Part shown: piece by piece, positions 1-13,802 of the stretch
How positions within the stretch are numbered: position 1 is the first letter of the stretch
Layout: each line of letters starts with the position of its first letter
NCBI GenBank assembly: GCA_965285935.1
Contig: OZ260666.1
Location: 24,304,001 to 24,368,000, forward strand
DNA length: 64,000 bases
Source of the DNA: Ophelia neglecta
Taxonomy: Eukaryota
Direction of reading: 5' to 3'
The notes under the pieces: model-generated
Told to the model about the DNA's origin: nothing
Seen by the model: only the letters and a program-made list of their open reading frames with translations
Databases searched by the model: none
Made by a program: the position numbers and the translations under genes

Positions 1-2686
1 TTTTGAGGTGACCCGACCCCTGTATAAGCTACCAAATCAAAATCCGTGTTTCTATTTGCCGCAGTATTGGGCGTATTGGATTTATTGGCGTTATAACGTC
101 ATATCAGTACCACGTACCCGTATCCAAAACATTGGGATTTCATCTGTTCCACAATTCATTTAATGTAAAATGTTGGAAGGCAGGATGTTGCTATCGCGTA
201 TACAGTAAGTATGCTTCTCTCGTAGCGCCGTAGTCTCTAAATTCGAACAGGTCTCTGCTATTAAATGGTGTAAAACCTTAACTTCCCCTCTATTAATCAC
301 TCACGATGTCCTTGACGGCTATGTACCGCCTTAGGTTTGATTATCAACTTCCTTAATTACTTATGCGTTTGATTTATGTTTGGTCTCAATTAGTAGACGT
401 CTCCTTTGAAAGTGACGGGACATTATCTTGGAGAATGTGGTTGACACTTGTGACAAATAGGCTCATTATAGCCATGCATCAGTGAACGGCACAGGTTTTT
501 ACCCTTACAATTAAGACCTGCATGGCTGTAGTAAATATAGTGCTGAACAGTTAGCAAGATGGGAATGCAACACATTGAAAGGCTCTGTTTCCATTTTTTC
601 AGGGGGGGGGGGGGTTCCAATTTGCGATCTTGTTGGGTCATACAATAAAGCAACTCTTTGATGGGGGAGTGTTATTTGTGCGGGTTGGATGACGGTGCGG
701 GATGATAAAAGTAGGGAGAGGGGGGGGGGGGGGGGTATGTAAGCATAACCACATACCACTGTTTGGTTATAGGTTCACATAGTAGCTTAATTTCCATTGG
801 AAAATGATAGGGAGATAATATTAATACAAAAAACGATCAAACAAGATAATGGATAATGTATGTTGGCCAAACATACACCGTTAAACATCTTTATTCATAT
901 AAAAATAGGGTAGGCAGTTATTTTTTAGGAGAAAGTTAAATTAAACTTCCATTTGTTATTAAGGGGGAATTGGTTGCCATAATACAAACTCAAACATTGT
1001 TATCCATAATATTGCTTGCAATCCTAGTCACACATACATGTATTGCATTAAAATTCTAACTTGATATTCTGATCTGAACACACCGAGTGTTATGCCAGAA
1101 ATGAGGAAATGCAATTCATAGCCATTGGGGATAGAAGAAGACTGAAATTGGATAGGTGTTTAAATGTAGCTGGGGATTCTTGCAATACACCTGTGAACTT
1201 TTCTGTTGTTCTCTAATGCAAGCCTTTGTTTCGATTAGAATTGGACTGTTGCATGATAGTACAATATCTCGCTTAGTTGCCGGCTAAGTCTTGTTGTTTG
1301 CAATTCACTTCAAAAGTCAACTCCCCTATCGGTTCGTAAGATAATTTCAAAGTAGTGCAAGAAACTCGTACAAAATCCCCTTCGTAGATCTGACAAATCA
1401 TTTCACACCTACCCCCCTCTCTCTACACTATCCCTGTTTTATATATTTACCTTATCTTCACGTTGGTGATTATTTTGAACACATTGATTTCAATTATTTG
1501 TCAAATGTAAGGATCGCCACATGTTAGTGAGTGTATGTATAAATCGGTATGTGTTTGTGAATTTATATTCATTTGTGTATGTATGGTTCTTTATGTTTGT
1601 ATGCACGTGAAGGAATTATGCGAGTATATGCCAGTGAATGCGCTTCTATTTACAATTAACACATTGCTTGTATCCTCATTTCTGTCATGCCGTATTTTCA
1701 ACATAAATTGCTTTAGTTAAAGCACACTTTTATTAACAGCTTCGCTTTCAGTTCTCTTGGTTTATTCTATTTGAATTCTCCTTTGTACGGTTTTTATTTA
1801 GTACGTTTATGATGTTTACGAATGTACATTGTATATAATACAACACATGAATAAATTGAATTGATCTGAAATACATATTCTGGCTACTATTCATATTCCT
1901 AACAATGTGTCCTCTTATTTTGCTAACTAAAAACCTACTTTTGGACTGCCTAGATAACTTCTATATTAAATGGTTCTAGGGGCACAGACCCAGCCTGCAT
2001 AAATCTTCTCCCGCTGTTTGGAACAAGCGGATAGAATAATTCCCGACCTCGTTGCTATAGTTACCAGGTGATATCGATCGAGCCTGGATGAGCATGTTGA
2101 ATGGAATATTCCAGTGGAAGTTTATTATCCTTTTGCAGTCACGACGGGGCAGGAGGAGTTTCTTTTCGTCTAAATATATTTTGCACAGGTCTACGTGAAA
2201 CGAATTCCTGTCGATGGTATTAAAATATTTCCTCGTACAGTAAGTAGGTACTTCACAACTTACTCTACTTTACATGTATAATCTTGACTGTAGGGGGTTT
2301 GACTACAAGGCATGACCTTTAAGTTGTAATGAATTTGAGGGAAAAAGCACCATATGCCTAATCGGTTATATGCGTATCAGTAATATACTGGCTATGTTAA
2401 TGCGAAAAAAGTGTGGTAAACTAGATTTAATCAATATATTTCACAAATGTAAACACTTCCTATTACCTAGAAAATATAGTTTGTAGCTTTTTTCAATGAC
2501 TGCTTGTTTATTATCAAGTCTGCCATCTATAATGTGTTATGACATCATCAGAGGTGCGACTTATTTATATAGTATTCGAGTCGCGAGTTGTCAAGTCTTT
2601 ATGCCAAATGTTTACTTGTTTATTCCTTGATACTCTATCTTTTTTTATCTTTAGATTTAACCGATCAAAGTAGACTATTTAGCAGT

Positions 2687-5600
2687 ATGGAATTACTTAC
2701 TAGTATGTGGAAGTTGTTGGTAGTCTCCTGTATTGTTGGCCAACTACTACAAGGGGAGATTGTTCAAGGAACATTGGATGTAACTAAAATGGAAGCTACA
2801 CTGGGTGATCTTACTAACTCCATTCTTGGACATTCCCACATGCAGGCTAGTGGCTATTGAATTCAAATGTAACATTCCGTTTATGCCAAGTTCACTAGAT
2901 GCTGGAAATGAATCTATATACATGTATTAAGAAAAGTTAGCGATTATATGTGATTATTTTTTTACGGTGTCGCAGATCAGGGTTGCTCCGTTATCTATTC
3001 TGAACTATTGCCAATCGCTGTTGTGTAATATACGCATGTTTACCGCGACTCCCGTTCCCTCGTCGTTTGTTTTTATTTTATTGTAGGGCGTTTTGTTAAA
3101 TTAATTGTATATATATATTTAGGAGTACCTGAATTCGAAAGAAATAAGGCTAAGAAGTGATCCGATCAACGGTGGGGCGTTGTTGGTGAAGGTATAGAAT
3201 ATATATACTTACTAAGGTCACTTCATGGTCGTACGCCGTGGTAAAAAAGACTTATATATTCTTCTCTGAGTGTAGTTTAGGAAATACCGTTAGTTGGTTA
3301 TAAAAAGCATCTGCAAGTATTGTTTCTCAAAATGAGTAAACTTTGCCATTTTAGCTGTCAGAAATGTTGAGGACTAATATAGAAAGGAACTCAAATCTTG
3401 TGACTAGGCTAAGAGACAACATTTTGTTAAATTACCAAAAATATATGTCAGTTCCGGATTACCAGGAATGTTGTCGGCAGGACCTGTATAGCAAAGAATA
3501 CGACAGCCGATTCAAGTCGATTGTAAGTAAGATCCAAACACACTCACAAGTAAGGCTATTTTATTAACATAAGTAGAGGGAATGGCGGACGTGTAGTTTT
3601 TATCAAAAGTGGTCGTGGGAGAGGGGTTGTTTGCTGAGTCGGTGGTAAGGTGGGAGCGACAATTTTACTAATCGGGATAGGATGGGTCTTAAAATGGGCC
3701 AAATTGTGAAACAATTTCTGTCGCGTACCTAGTTTGTGGATAAAATTCAAAGTCTGGATCAGACAATATGACAAAGCAGGGACTCTGATCGAGCGCAGCA
3801 ATATTTGCATATATTTGAAAGAGTTTAATCTGTATCCCAAATAGTAAAATACCCTTATAAAACATAAGATTGTAGGTCCATTTTATAATCAATATTTGTC
3901 CTAATCTCAAAAAAAGTGTTAATTCACAAATCATACACTAACTTGCTTATTCCATGTTATTTATTGTTTTGAATGTCTTGTTTTTTCTGTTTAAAAAGGT
4001 AGATCGAAACGCCATGTGTTACCGTGCTTCCATGTATAAAGCGTATAATGCACGATATGCAGACTCAACCTTACTGTCCGAATTTCAGGAAAACCACGCT
4101 AAACACTCAGGTCAAAGTCACAATCATATTGTTGTAATATTTCAAATATGATGTAATATGGTTTTTCTCCGACCTCCGACAACTGATAAAATGAATTGCT
4201 GGTTTTTTTTCTAAGTTACTTCTGTTGTCACACATTATATCGTGTTGGCTACTTAATGAACAGAGATTAACCAGTAATCATTATACCATGCAACGACCGC
4301 ACATTGGAACTTTGTTTGCATAGTGTTGTTTTACCCCGCATCAAGTTACGAAATCAGCAGAAATGGTCTGATGAAAATTGCTGTCTGGAGCATGAAATTG
4401 CTTAACATTTATATTCTCCGCTAGGTCTGAAATGGCAGTATTTTGGAACTGAGACGGGGCTTTTATTTCTTTACCCAGCCACGAAAGCCATCAGCTGCAC
4501 CCAATACGATCCAAGGTTTCGGCAAGTATAATATTTATTTCCATCTTAGTGAGTGAGTGAATCTTTAATAAATCTACAAAATTGAATAAATAATATCCAA
4601 TAGAAGAGAAGTGTACCATTCTTTACCAGTATTTACCAGCTTCTGTAATGTAAGTTGGCAATGTAAGATAATGTAAGATAATGTATGACACTGGGTTATA
4701 TACGATACTGGCAAAAGTATGATGAGGTTGAAGCAAAGCACGGGGCTAAGGAACGACACGGAGCTAAAGTACGACACTGGTATAAAGTACGACTGGGCTA
4801 AAGTACGTCACTGGGCAGAAGACGATATTTGGTTAAAGTTAACAAATAAATCCGTGGCCAAGTTGGGAAAAAGTATGTATGGCTAGGCCCTCTTATGAAT
4901 ATGAGACACCAAGCAAAATAACCTCCGTACGAGAGATCTAATGTAAAAACGTATTTCATTTCAAAGAGGAAATGTGTCGTATATATATTTTCGGTGAAGC
5001 CTTATAATAATCTTTATCCTGATGTCAAGTAGATGGGAACAGTGGCCCTTCAACACGGAACATTACATTTGGAACTTTTAATTCCGATGCGGATTGTATG
5101 TATTTAAATAGGTGTCTATAGATCAATGAATGCAATATTGTTTAAAGCTGTAATTAGTTTGATATGATTTAATTATAGACCTTGGTATGTAGAGACTGCT
5201 AGTCCTATTCCCAAAGATGTCGTCATTGTAATCGATACATCTGGGTCTATGAGAGGAAAGAATCCAAATGGTCTCATCCTGCTAGATATCGCCAAAGACG
5301 CTGCAAAAACAGTCCTTGGAACTTTTAACCCAAAGGATAGGGTAAGGATACATGTTGACTGTGTTTGCTTCTAGCTGAGGAGAGCAGAAATTTATGCATA
5401 TTTTCCATATCACTGATCCGCCAGCAAAAGTCAAATATTATTTGCAGCGAAAACATGTTTAGGAACATTTAAATTATTTTAAAGAGTTTGGTAATGTTAA
5501 CTGTTTACGCACTTTATCGCTTAAACAAAACAAACTTTCGCTAGTTGAAACTCAAAACATTACTTTTGGACTGTCCAAAGTGGCCAGAAAGTTTGAATGA

Positions 5601-8600
5601 TAAAGTGCAAAGGCAATAAAATAGTTCATTCATGGTACGAATTGTATTTTTATATAAAACACATAATTTATTTTTCTAACATAATTTCACTACCCCCCCC
5701 CCCCCCCCTTTAGGTGAACGTGGTGTCATTTTCTGACTACGCTCACACGCCATCAGGAGCGACTATTCCGGAGTGCTTCAGAACAAAGTTGACTGTAGCC
5801 TCTCCGGCCAACATAAGGAGTTTGTCGAAGTACGTGGACAGTTTCACGGTAAGAACGCATGAAGAATTGCCATTTTTACAACATTTCATCGTACTTCATT
5901 ATTTGACAAACTACATATCATTCGCGCATTGTGTCCAGGAAAGAAGCCGAAAAAACTTTATTATTAACAATTGCCATCCAGTCAGGTGGAGGCACCAGGT
6001 ACGGTCGAGCTATCATAAAGGCTTTCGAGCTTTTGGTTCAAGCAGGTGGGGAAGGCGAATCACGAGGTAATAATTCAGCGTTCAATATATTCATTTAGAA
6101 AGACAGAGCATGTGTTGGGATTGATGAAATAAGCCTGAGATTGGTTGGGTATCTGCGCCTAGCAAGAGAGGGCTTGGCGGTCGTATAAGCAAAGTAAAAA
6201 GCATAACCTTTAATGTTCTTTAATGTAACAGTAACTTTACTGCACTATAATATATTATTAACTAAAAGATATAGCATTAAGAAAGCCGCTCTGGTTGGTT
6301 CATCTGGAACATTTAAATAATAAAAAAGAAGATTTAAAATGTGATTGATCTTCATTAAACTAATTATTGTTTATAAAAGATAGAGCCATTCTATTCCTGA
6401 CGGACGGGGATCCAAACGATGATAAGGTTTCAATTTTGAAAACAATCTCTGAGAGGAATTCCCACAATAATAGCGTTGTACTATTCACTTTTGGAATAGG
6501 TACGTGTATTGCTCGTGTAGTATATATAAAACAATACCCATTTGACTTTTGTCTATTTATTATATGGGCTTTCATGAACTTGATTAAGCAGTTAGTTAGT
6601 TTATTTGTTTGTTTGTTGGCTCGAATTTTGCGGTAAACAATAGTTTATTTAGATATACTATCCTCAGTCAGTTGTACGTTTGTAACTTTATTTCTTATGT
6701 TGATTTCTCTTCGTAATCATTGTTTGTTTTCCAGGTTATGTTGGAAGCATTGGACGGGATGTCCTTCGCGATATGACAGACGCACCTTTTCCATATGCTA
6801 GGGTCAGTTAATTATTCTCAATATTAATAAAAGAAACCCCAGCACGTTCCAATTGCGTCCAAATGTAATTATCTTTCTTAGGTGTTCAAGCAATTTATGA
6901 CATTAAGCACTAAACATTTCATTTATATGTCTTGAAAGTGGTGCTCCACACACATGTCACACACCTTTTTTTCCGTGATTAGCCTGGACGATACTTAGAA
7001 ATAAGAAATTCTGATCGCCTGAGACAAGACATGGCTTCGTACTATGATTACTTCAGTAAACCAGTGGATTCTGCTTTAATCTCTAGCCCCTATGTTGATG
7101 CATTCGGATTAGGTAAGTTTGTATATATAAAGTGAATCTTAATACCAATTCACAGTAAAATGATAGCTTTCATATTGTTTTTTTTTATTATCACTTATAT
7201 TACTCAAAAAACAACATTCTTTTGAATTTAAATGCAATAAAAATCCACCAATACGTGGTCTTGGTAGCTTTTTATAGCCCTGTTACTTTGTTAAACCTGT
7301 AAATTAGGGCTCGGCACTTAGGAATTTGGTCTCAATACGGTTACCGAGTTATCGAAGCAGGGATTTTCTTCCACGATTTTCTACTGCTGCAGCATCTTTT
7401 AGTGGACACTTAATAACTATGCCAATGATTATTCCTTCTTCGCTCACTAAATCTGATAAGGTGTGGTCTAATATCTATTTATTTGAAGTGAGTGTCTCGT
7501 TCGGCCTTTTTAAAGCCTTTATAACTATAAGTTCAATGAATAGTGTAAATATACTATTATGAGTTCATTTTTTATAGCATTTGCAGAAGTTTAACAACGC
7601 ATATAAGTGTTTATAAATAAAAATTTCGAGTATTTATGCTTGTTTGCAATCACTTCGATCATTGCAATATCTGTAGCGAAAGATTGCTGTTGTCTTTAAA
7701 GGTTTGGTAGTGACTGTGTCTCTTCCTGTGACGTATCATAATCAGTTTATAGGGATCGTCGGCACGGACGTTACTATGGCTGATCTATTGGCTCCGGTGA
7801 ACTTTCTTCAAGACGGGGTTAGCATTCATTTCATCGATTTATTACAATGGCTCTCGCCTTTTAAAGACCCGGCAGTGCTAAGCCGGAAACAAGGAAGCAA
7901 CCGGGTAAAAGAAACCAGCGGCCCAACAGTAAATAAGTCTGTAAAGAAAATGAAAACAATAAATTTGATGTGACCATATTTTTGTTATTTCATATACTTG
8001 TTTACTTCAAATGCTTACACCTTTAATTAATCTTCTTGTTGGTACTCTGGTAAAGCGTTCCAATGATTCTTTATATACTTATTCAGACCGGAAGTGGTGT
8101 CCTATCTTATGCTTACGTCATTGATAATGACGGTCTGACCCTCTCACATCCATTACTACCACAAGCACACGCCGTTACAGATGCTACACTGGCGTTGCAT
8201 ATAAAGGAGCTTGAACTTCACCCGAAGAAAAGATCGATTATGGACCAAATATTAACGTCTGTTATTTTAGGGCACAATACGCTATTTGTTATTTCCACCA
8301 TCCTGGTCCTATTACTTCTTCATACTGCGATAATATGATGATTCGTGTATTGTGTTTTTGGCGTCATTTTTCAAATATTTTCCTCAAGCCGTGTAATATA
8401 ATTTTATATTCAATAACAGTTATCATACTTTAAAATCAGTTAATATTCATATTCAACGACAGTCCGTCTTTCTACTAATAAAACCTTTGATTTTGTTGCA
8501 GAACAAATAATGGTACAATCGCTTCGTACGTTCCACATTTGATATCTAAAGGAGAGTTATTCAGGGGGGTCAAATTGGTGGATCATTACACCAGTTACCA

Positions 8601-11600
8601 CTGGTCCTTGGTAAAATAGAACAGTTCTACCAAACACGTTTAATAAGAATGTTTCATTTACTTAAGCCACTGTTTTATATATTTTAGGAGATGCATAGTT
8701 TAAGGATTCAAAAACGTATTTTGTAAATTTGTTTGCAGGTGCAAACGACAAAGTTAAAAGTTTGTGTTGTTCTAGCACAAGGAGAAGCTACATTTAGGTT
8801 ATTTGAGGGTGACACTTTAGTAGGAATGCCTTTCACATATCACCAATTCAACCTCACGGGTTTGGAAGCAAATCAAACCTGCAGGCATTTCAAAAGGCAA
8901 GCGTTGAAAGGCAAGTATTGTAAATTGATTGTGAGAGAGACAAATCATTCTTATGGAGAAGGGGTGATTAATTCAGTCACGCTTTGTCAATATTTGTCAA
9001 AACTATAATCATTCTTTGCAAATTGCTTTATTCGTCGCCTGTAGCAGTAAAAATGTACTCTCAATAAGAGTTTATTCCGTTTGTTTCACTACTTTTCAAT
9101 ATAGACCGATCTGTGGTCAAATTCGCTGCTAGAGCCTTTCAGAATCCGTTTGAGTACCTTGACACCGTGGAGACCTACAAAGACGTTCGAAATTATGATG
9201 ATATCATAAAATATGGCGCATCACATAAACTATTTCAGGTATTTAGTTTAAAACTTTAAACTGTTGAATAGAGCTAAACAGACTATTCGAAGTGTTTCAG
9301 AATTGCCTTTCTTAAAAACTAAGTAAATTTGAATATGTAATAACTGTTTTGCTAGATATGCTATTTTACAGTGAATGCTCTAAAATGGGTATGCCAGCGG
9401 CTCAGTGCCATACTTCGGAGTGTGCGTGTTTACCTATTAATAGCTGTTAGAAAATTTAAGTTCTACGCCAAGTTTACACTGAATAAGTGTGCTACTGCGT
9501 GTCATATTTCTTGTAGATCTTTATGACTAGTAAAACAGTATTATGTTGGCATGAGGGTCCCTACCCATCATTAACCAGTTTGTCAAGTAGATCAAGTAAG
9601 GAACATTTTTGCGTAATTAATCTATGTTTAATAACAGTTTCGGGATCGACATATACAATGGCCTAATATATTTTGAAATAGAAGGAAAAATTATCGACCC
9701 CGTTTGTGATATGTGGAATCGATACAAAAGAAACTAACATCCTTGAAATATTGGTCCTGTATTTTAGTGTATGCGAATTACAAAGATATGTTTATATAAC
9801 GTATCCTTACAGTCAACTGATGAAATTTGTAGGATGTGATGGGAAACCGAGTTCGCGACGTGTAGCAAAATAAATAATTTTATGCTAGTTATAACATAAC
9901 ATGGGTCATGATGTAAGTTGCCTAAACACTACAAAAAATTCCTCGCTTATATGTAGGACATTTCTCTACATTAGCAGACACACATCAACAACGGTCCGCA
10001 TTGTGACAATCCAATGAATAAAATGCGATTTTGTTTTGAGCCATTGGTTAGCTAGGAACAATTATGACAACAAACGCCTGGGCATGTTGGTTTCAAATTT
10101 TTACCCATTTGGTTTCCTTATAATTTCTAGCCATCCTCCAAATGGCCAAAGCACCTAAACCGTGTTCTATTTTTCCGGCTCTTGTCAACATTGAATACTG
10201 CTCAGATTTTCTGTGCCGTCTTGCTGGACCTTGTACTGTACAAAGGATCACATTTTGTACATATGTATTTTACGCCCTAACATTTAATCTCCGCTCATTG
10301 ACAGGACGGGGTATTGGAAGCTTTGAAGTGGACCTCAAAGGTTCACGATATCTGGTTTGATAGCCTAGCGGACGTTAGCCACGTGGTTTGGAGATATATT
10401 GCAACACCACAGGGGGTAATTCGAATTTACCCTGGCGTTACCTTAAACAAGAACTATGATCATACTCGCAGAAGCTGGTAAGAAAAGGATATTTTTTTTT
10501 GCCTTAAAGACTTTTTCAGCGACATTCTCTTATGGGCAGATGGCATCAATGGGGAAAAGACACCTTTCCAGGAATTACATTTACCATATAAACACAACAG
10601 TTTTAAGTAATGTTAACTCTGATAAGTCATCTGAAACTGCAGAGACCCGCTGTGTCTCTTTAAAATAATTAGTCTTTACATTGCTAAAAAATTCTATAAT
10701 ATAGGTATCGCAGGACGGTAGCTTACCCAGAGAAGACAGTGATTTCTGCACCATATCTGGATGCATTCGGAGCAGGTTACGTCGTCACTATCAGTAAAGT
10801 TCTGACATTTCCCGGGTAACTGTTTATCAGAATGTGTTTTATTCAGAGTCCACATTAAATAATAAAACTGACATTTTATGCCATGACTCAAACGTTACCA
10901 TTATATTTATATGGAACATTGATGTGAAATTAACTTTTCTTTATCGTGAAAGGCAGAGCGATGTGCCTGTTGGAACCTTTTTAAGTAACATACGAAAACG
11001 TACAAAAGGAGACTTAATAAGCCTACAGTTTAATGCTTCAGAGCGGGCGACCCCTATGTGAGAATCGCCGGAGTAATCGCTATGGACGTCACTATCGGTT
11101 TTATGCACCGACAGGTCATGAAATCCTTCTCTAAATGCCAAGAGCAGTCACACCGGTGAGTAATAAGGGAATCTGTTCATTGACCATATCCTTCAAATGC
11201 GTTTTTACTTAAAGCGGATATAACTTTTCCGACCATAAATAATACATGGTTATGTTATAGAAGGAAACCGAAAGGTTTTGATTATAACATAGGTACCAGC
11301 AAAACGTTAGTTTAGTTTTGAAGAAATACAAATATAACGTCCACATAGGACTTAATTTGATAATAATTGGAGAATACTGGATACTAGGCTTTGTGTAAAC
11401 GGCGAAAGAGAAAGCTATGGCGAAAGCATCATTGGTAGGAAAATAATCTACAAAATCAATCATTTTATAACTCAACCACAATCTACTCAACCCTATTTTA
11501 TACTGGGTATAAATGTGGTTGGGTAGCTTTAGCATGTTCTTTTTAAACTATTCTAAGAGAAGTTGTATCTTTCATCTTATCTGTCGCTTACGCCGTCTAC

Positions 11601-13802
11601 ACAAAACCAGGTTACTGTCATTTGTACCTTCCAGATGCTTTTTAGTAGACAGCGATGGGTATCTGGTAATGCATCGTGACTTTGTCACCCCAGAGGGACA
11701 GATGAGCTTTGATGTAGAAAATGTTCACATAACTCAAAAAGTACATGTGTCCTTTATATATTCGGCTTGTTGTTATTCGAAGTAAGTTCAAAGCACCGGC
11801 TAGTTTAAACTCATTGGAATCTATATTTAGCCAAATTGGATTATTACATTTTTTTCAGGAACATCAACTGGCCCGTGTCCTCGTCGATCGAGGGATTATG
11901 GGCACTCTTTCTTGTAACCAGTATTCATCCTTACACATACAAGTATATTATGAGGTAAGTGACAGATCAACACCAGGAAATGCACCTTGTTGCTTTTATT
12001 CAATACGTTTATATAATAGTGATTTCAGGTAAACGATTTCTTTCTCTCGTACTATTGCCTTATATCAAACACCTGGAAACATGTGGGATTTGACAGCAAC
12101 ATGGAAATAAGCATTTCAACGGTGGCCCATCTCATCACTATTTAAATCTCAGGTTTGAAAATGTCAATACATGACCGTAAGTTACAAAGTTTTGTAGAGC
12201 GAACTGTGGTACTCTTTCTTTAGGTCAATACGCATGGAAGCATTTTGAGCTCTGACAAGAGTAATCAGGCAGAATTATACCCAGTTAGAAGAACTAACCT
12301 TTACCTAGGCATCAATCAAGGCACAAAGACCTCCCAATCATGTGTCTGCGTCGGAATGGTACTTATCATTATTAAAATATATTGTGGGTCGTCATTAAGT
12401 GACGCTATTGGCATAGACTGTTGTGTTTTTGCACTCAATAATATGCCGGATGGTTATACTATTGTCACTTGCTTTAATCTTGCGATGGCTTAAAGCATAT
12501 TTAACATTTATCATAGTAAACACTTACACTTCAACGTTTATGAGGTAGTTTATTTGTTCTGTCAACACCCTTTTCTTTGCTATTAAAATGACTATTTTTC
12601 TCGTGTGAATACTTGGTGCATTTAAATGGATGAGTGTTTGTAATATAAGCCGCTTATACACCAGGCCTTTCCTCCAGACATCTAGGTTACCATTGGAGTG
12701 CCCCACTGGCTCTGCCATTTCATGTCCATGTCCGTGCTACGAAGAAACCAAGGATTACCATTACTGTAACGACACCTTCAGGGAAAAGTAAGTTAACAAA
12801 CGCGCTTAACGCTTTGATAGACAAGTGAAAATTGTCATCTTTAATGTTCTATGGATTTTCAACAAAAATCTGAACTTATATTTTATTAGCGACCTGAATC
12901 TGTGTATCCCTAAAAAGGCTCCGATTGACATGTATCCCCAACTCAGGCGGGAATCGAGACAGATTGAAAAACTGGAAATGTGCTTTGACCCACATTGTAG
13001 ACAGAAAACCACTTTTCAGTAAGATGTGTTCCTTAACGGTTTTTAACATGAGATGGGGTAATGTAGTTTTAATGCAAAAAAAATTATTATGTGTTCATAA
13101 ATTTAGCAATGAGTACACGTATGAAAAAAAAGAAAAGTGGATTATCACTTTTCATTGATAAAAGTGGAATAATCAACATTGTGTCACACATTAAACCTGT
13201 ATTTGGAATGTGATCAATAATTTGACAGGGCGTGTTACCCCCTCTCTGGGTGTGCATGGTGTCAACCGTCCTTGCAAGGAGCTGCTGCGTGTTATTATCA
13301 GGAGGATTGTTCCGAAGCCACTACCCAGACACGATCGTCTAACGAGGCCCTAACTATAGTACTGTCAATAGGCATATTCGTGCTGCTTGTAGTAATAGTT
13401 GTAGGAGCCGAGAAGCTCTACTATCACATATCAGAATCTCAAATACCCAGACCAGGGGTCCAGAATGGATCTCAAATACCCAGGCCAGGGGTCCAGAATG
13501 GATCTCTAATACCAAGGCCAGGGGTCCAGAATGGATCTCAAATACCTAGACCAGGGGTCCAGAATGAATCTCAAATACCCAGGCCAGGGGTCCAGAATGG
13601 ATCTCAAATACCCAGGCCAGGGGTCCAGAATGAATCTCAAATACCCAGGTCAGGGGTCCAGAATGCCGCGTTTGATCCGGACTCACATCACGCAGAACGA
13701 CCAGACGCATATAATCCAAACTATATTGACAACTCACGTGGAAACCCATTCGAACCGCCTCCCTCATATCCTTCGGTGGTTAATACCTCCAAGCCTATGT
13801 AA
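2687..13802 (+). CDS. CACHD1: VWA and Cache domain-containing protein (CACHD1-like / alpha2delta-related), copy 1; 25 coding exons, ~1184 aa
   Basis: Phase-consistent exon model: 2687-2845, 3123-3191, 3355-3522, 3999-4110, 4425-4521, 5179-5341, 5714-5848, 5982-6066, 6380-6499, 6735-6802, 6983-7112, 7702-7817, 8087-8256, 8502-8610, 8739-8910, 9105-9238, 10305-10477, 10705-10815, 11042-11155, 11635-11740, 11859-11954, 12224-12358, 12678-12787, 12890-13018, 13229-13802 (3555 nt). Motifs: signal peptide MWKLLVVSCIVG.., LKWQYFGTETG, YDPRFRPWY, KDVVIVIDTSGSM, GGT, ILFLTDG, PYVDAFGLG, YDHTRRSWY, RCFLVDSDGYLVMH, Cys-rich stalk, TM ALTIVLSIGIFVLLVVIVVGA. The symbol denotes the family; one-to-one orthology is not established. 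Confidence 0.9.
4687..4840 (+). repeat. Degenerate ~18-bp intronic minisatellite (gacactgggctaaagtac); also at ~31050-31203
   Basis: Successive variants gacacggagctaaagtac, gacactggtataaagtac, gactgggctaaagtac. Confidence 0.6.
13434..13664 (+). repeat. Coding 33-bp VNTR (SQIPRPGVQN[G/E]) x7
   Basis: Tandem atctcaaatacccaggccaggggtccagaatg(g/a) in the last exon, directly after the TM segment. Confidence 0.95.

Noticed and set aside
600-736. Poly-G runs as functional G-quadruplexes
   Set aside because: Simple homopolymers whose lengths differ between copies and are error-prone in sequencing; nothing else supports function.
4360-4405. Hammerhead ribozyme (ctgatga...gaaa)
   Set aside because: Stem II does not close properly and no stems I/III could be formed. 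Other CTGANGA hits I checked also lacked the flanking helices.
10953-10984. Extra small exon in the CACHD1-like gene
   Set aside because: Available donors give the wrong phase, while 10815 splices in frame directly to 11042.
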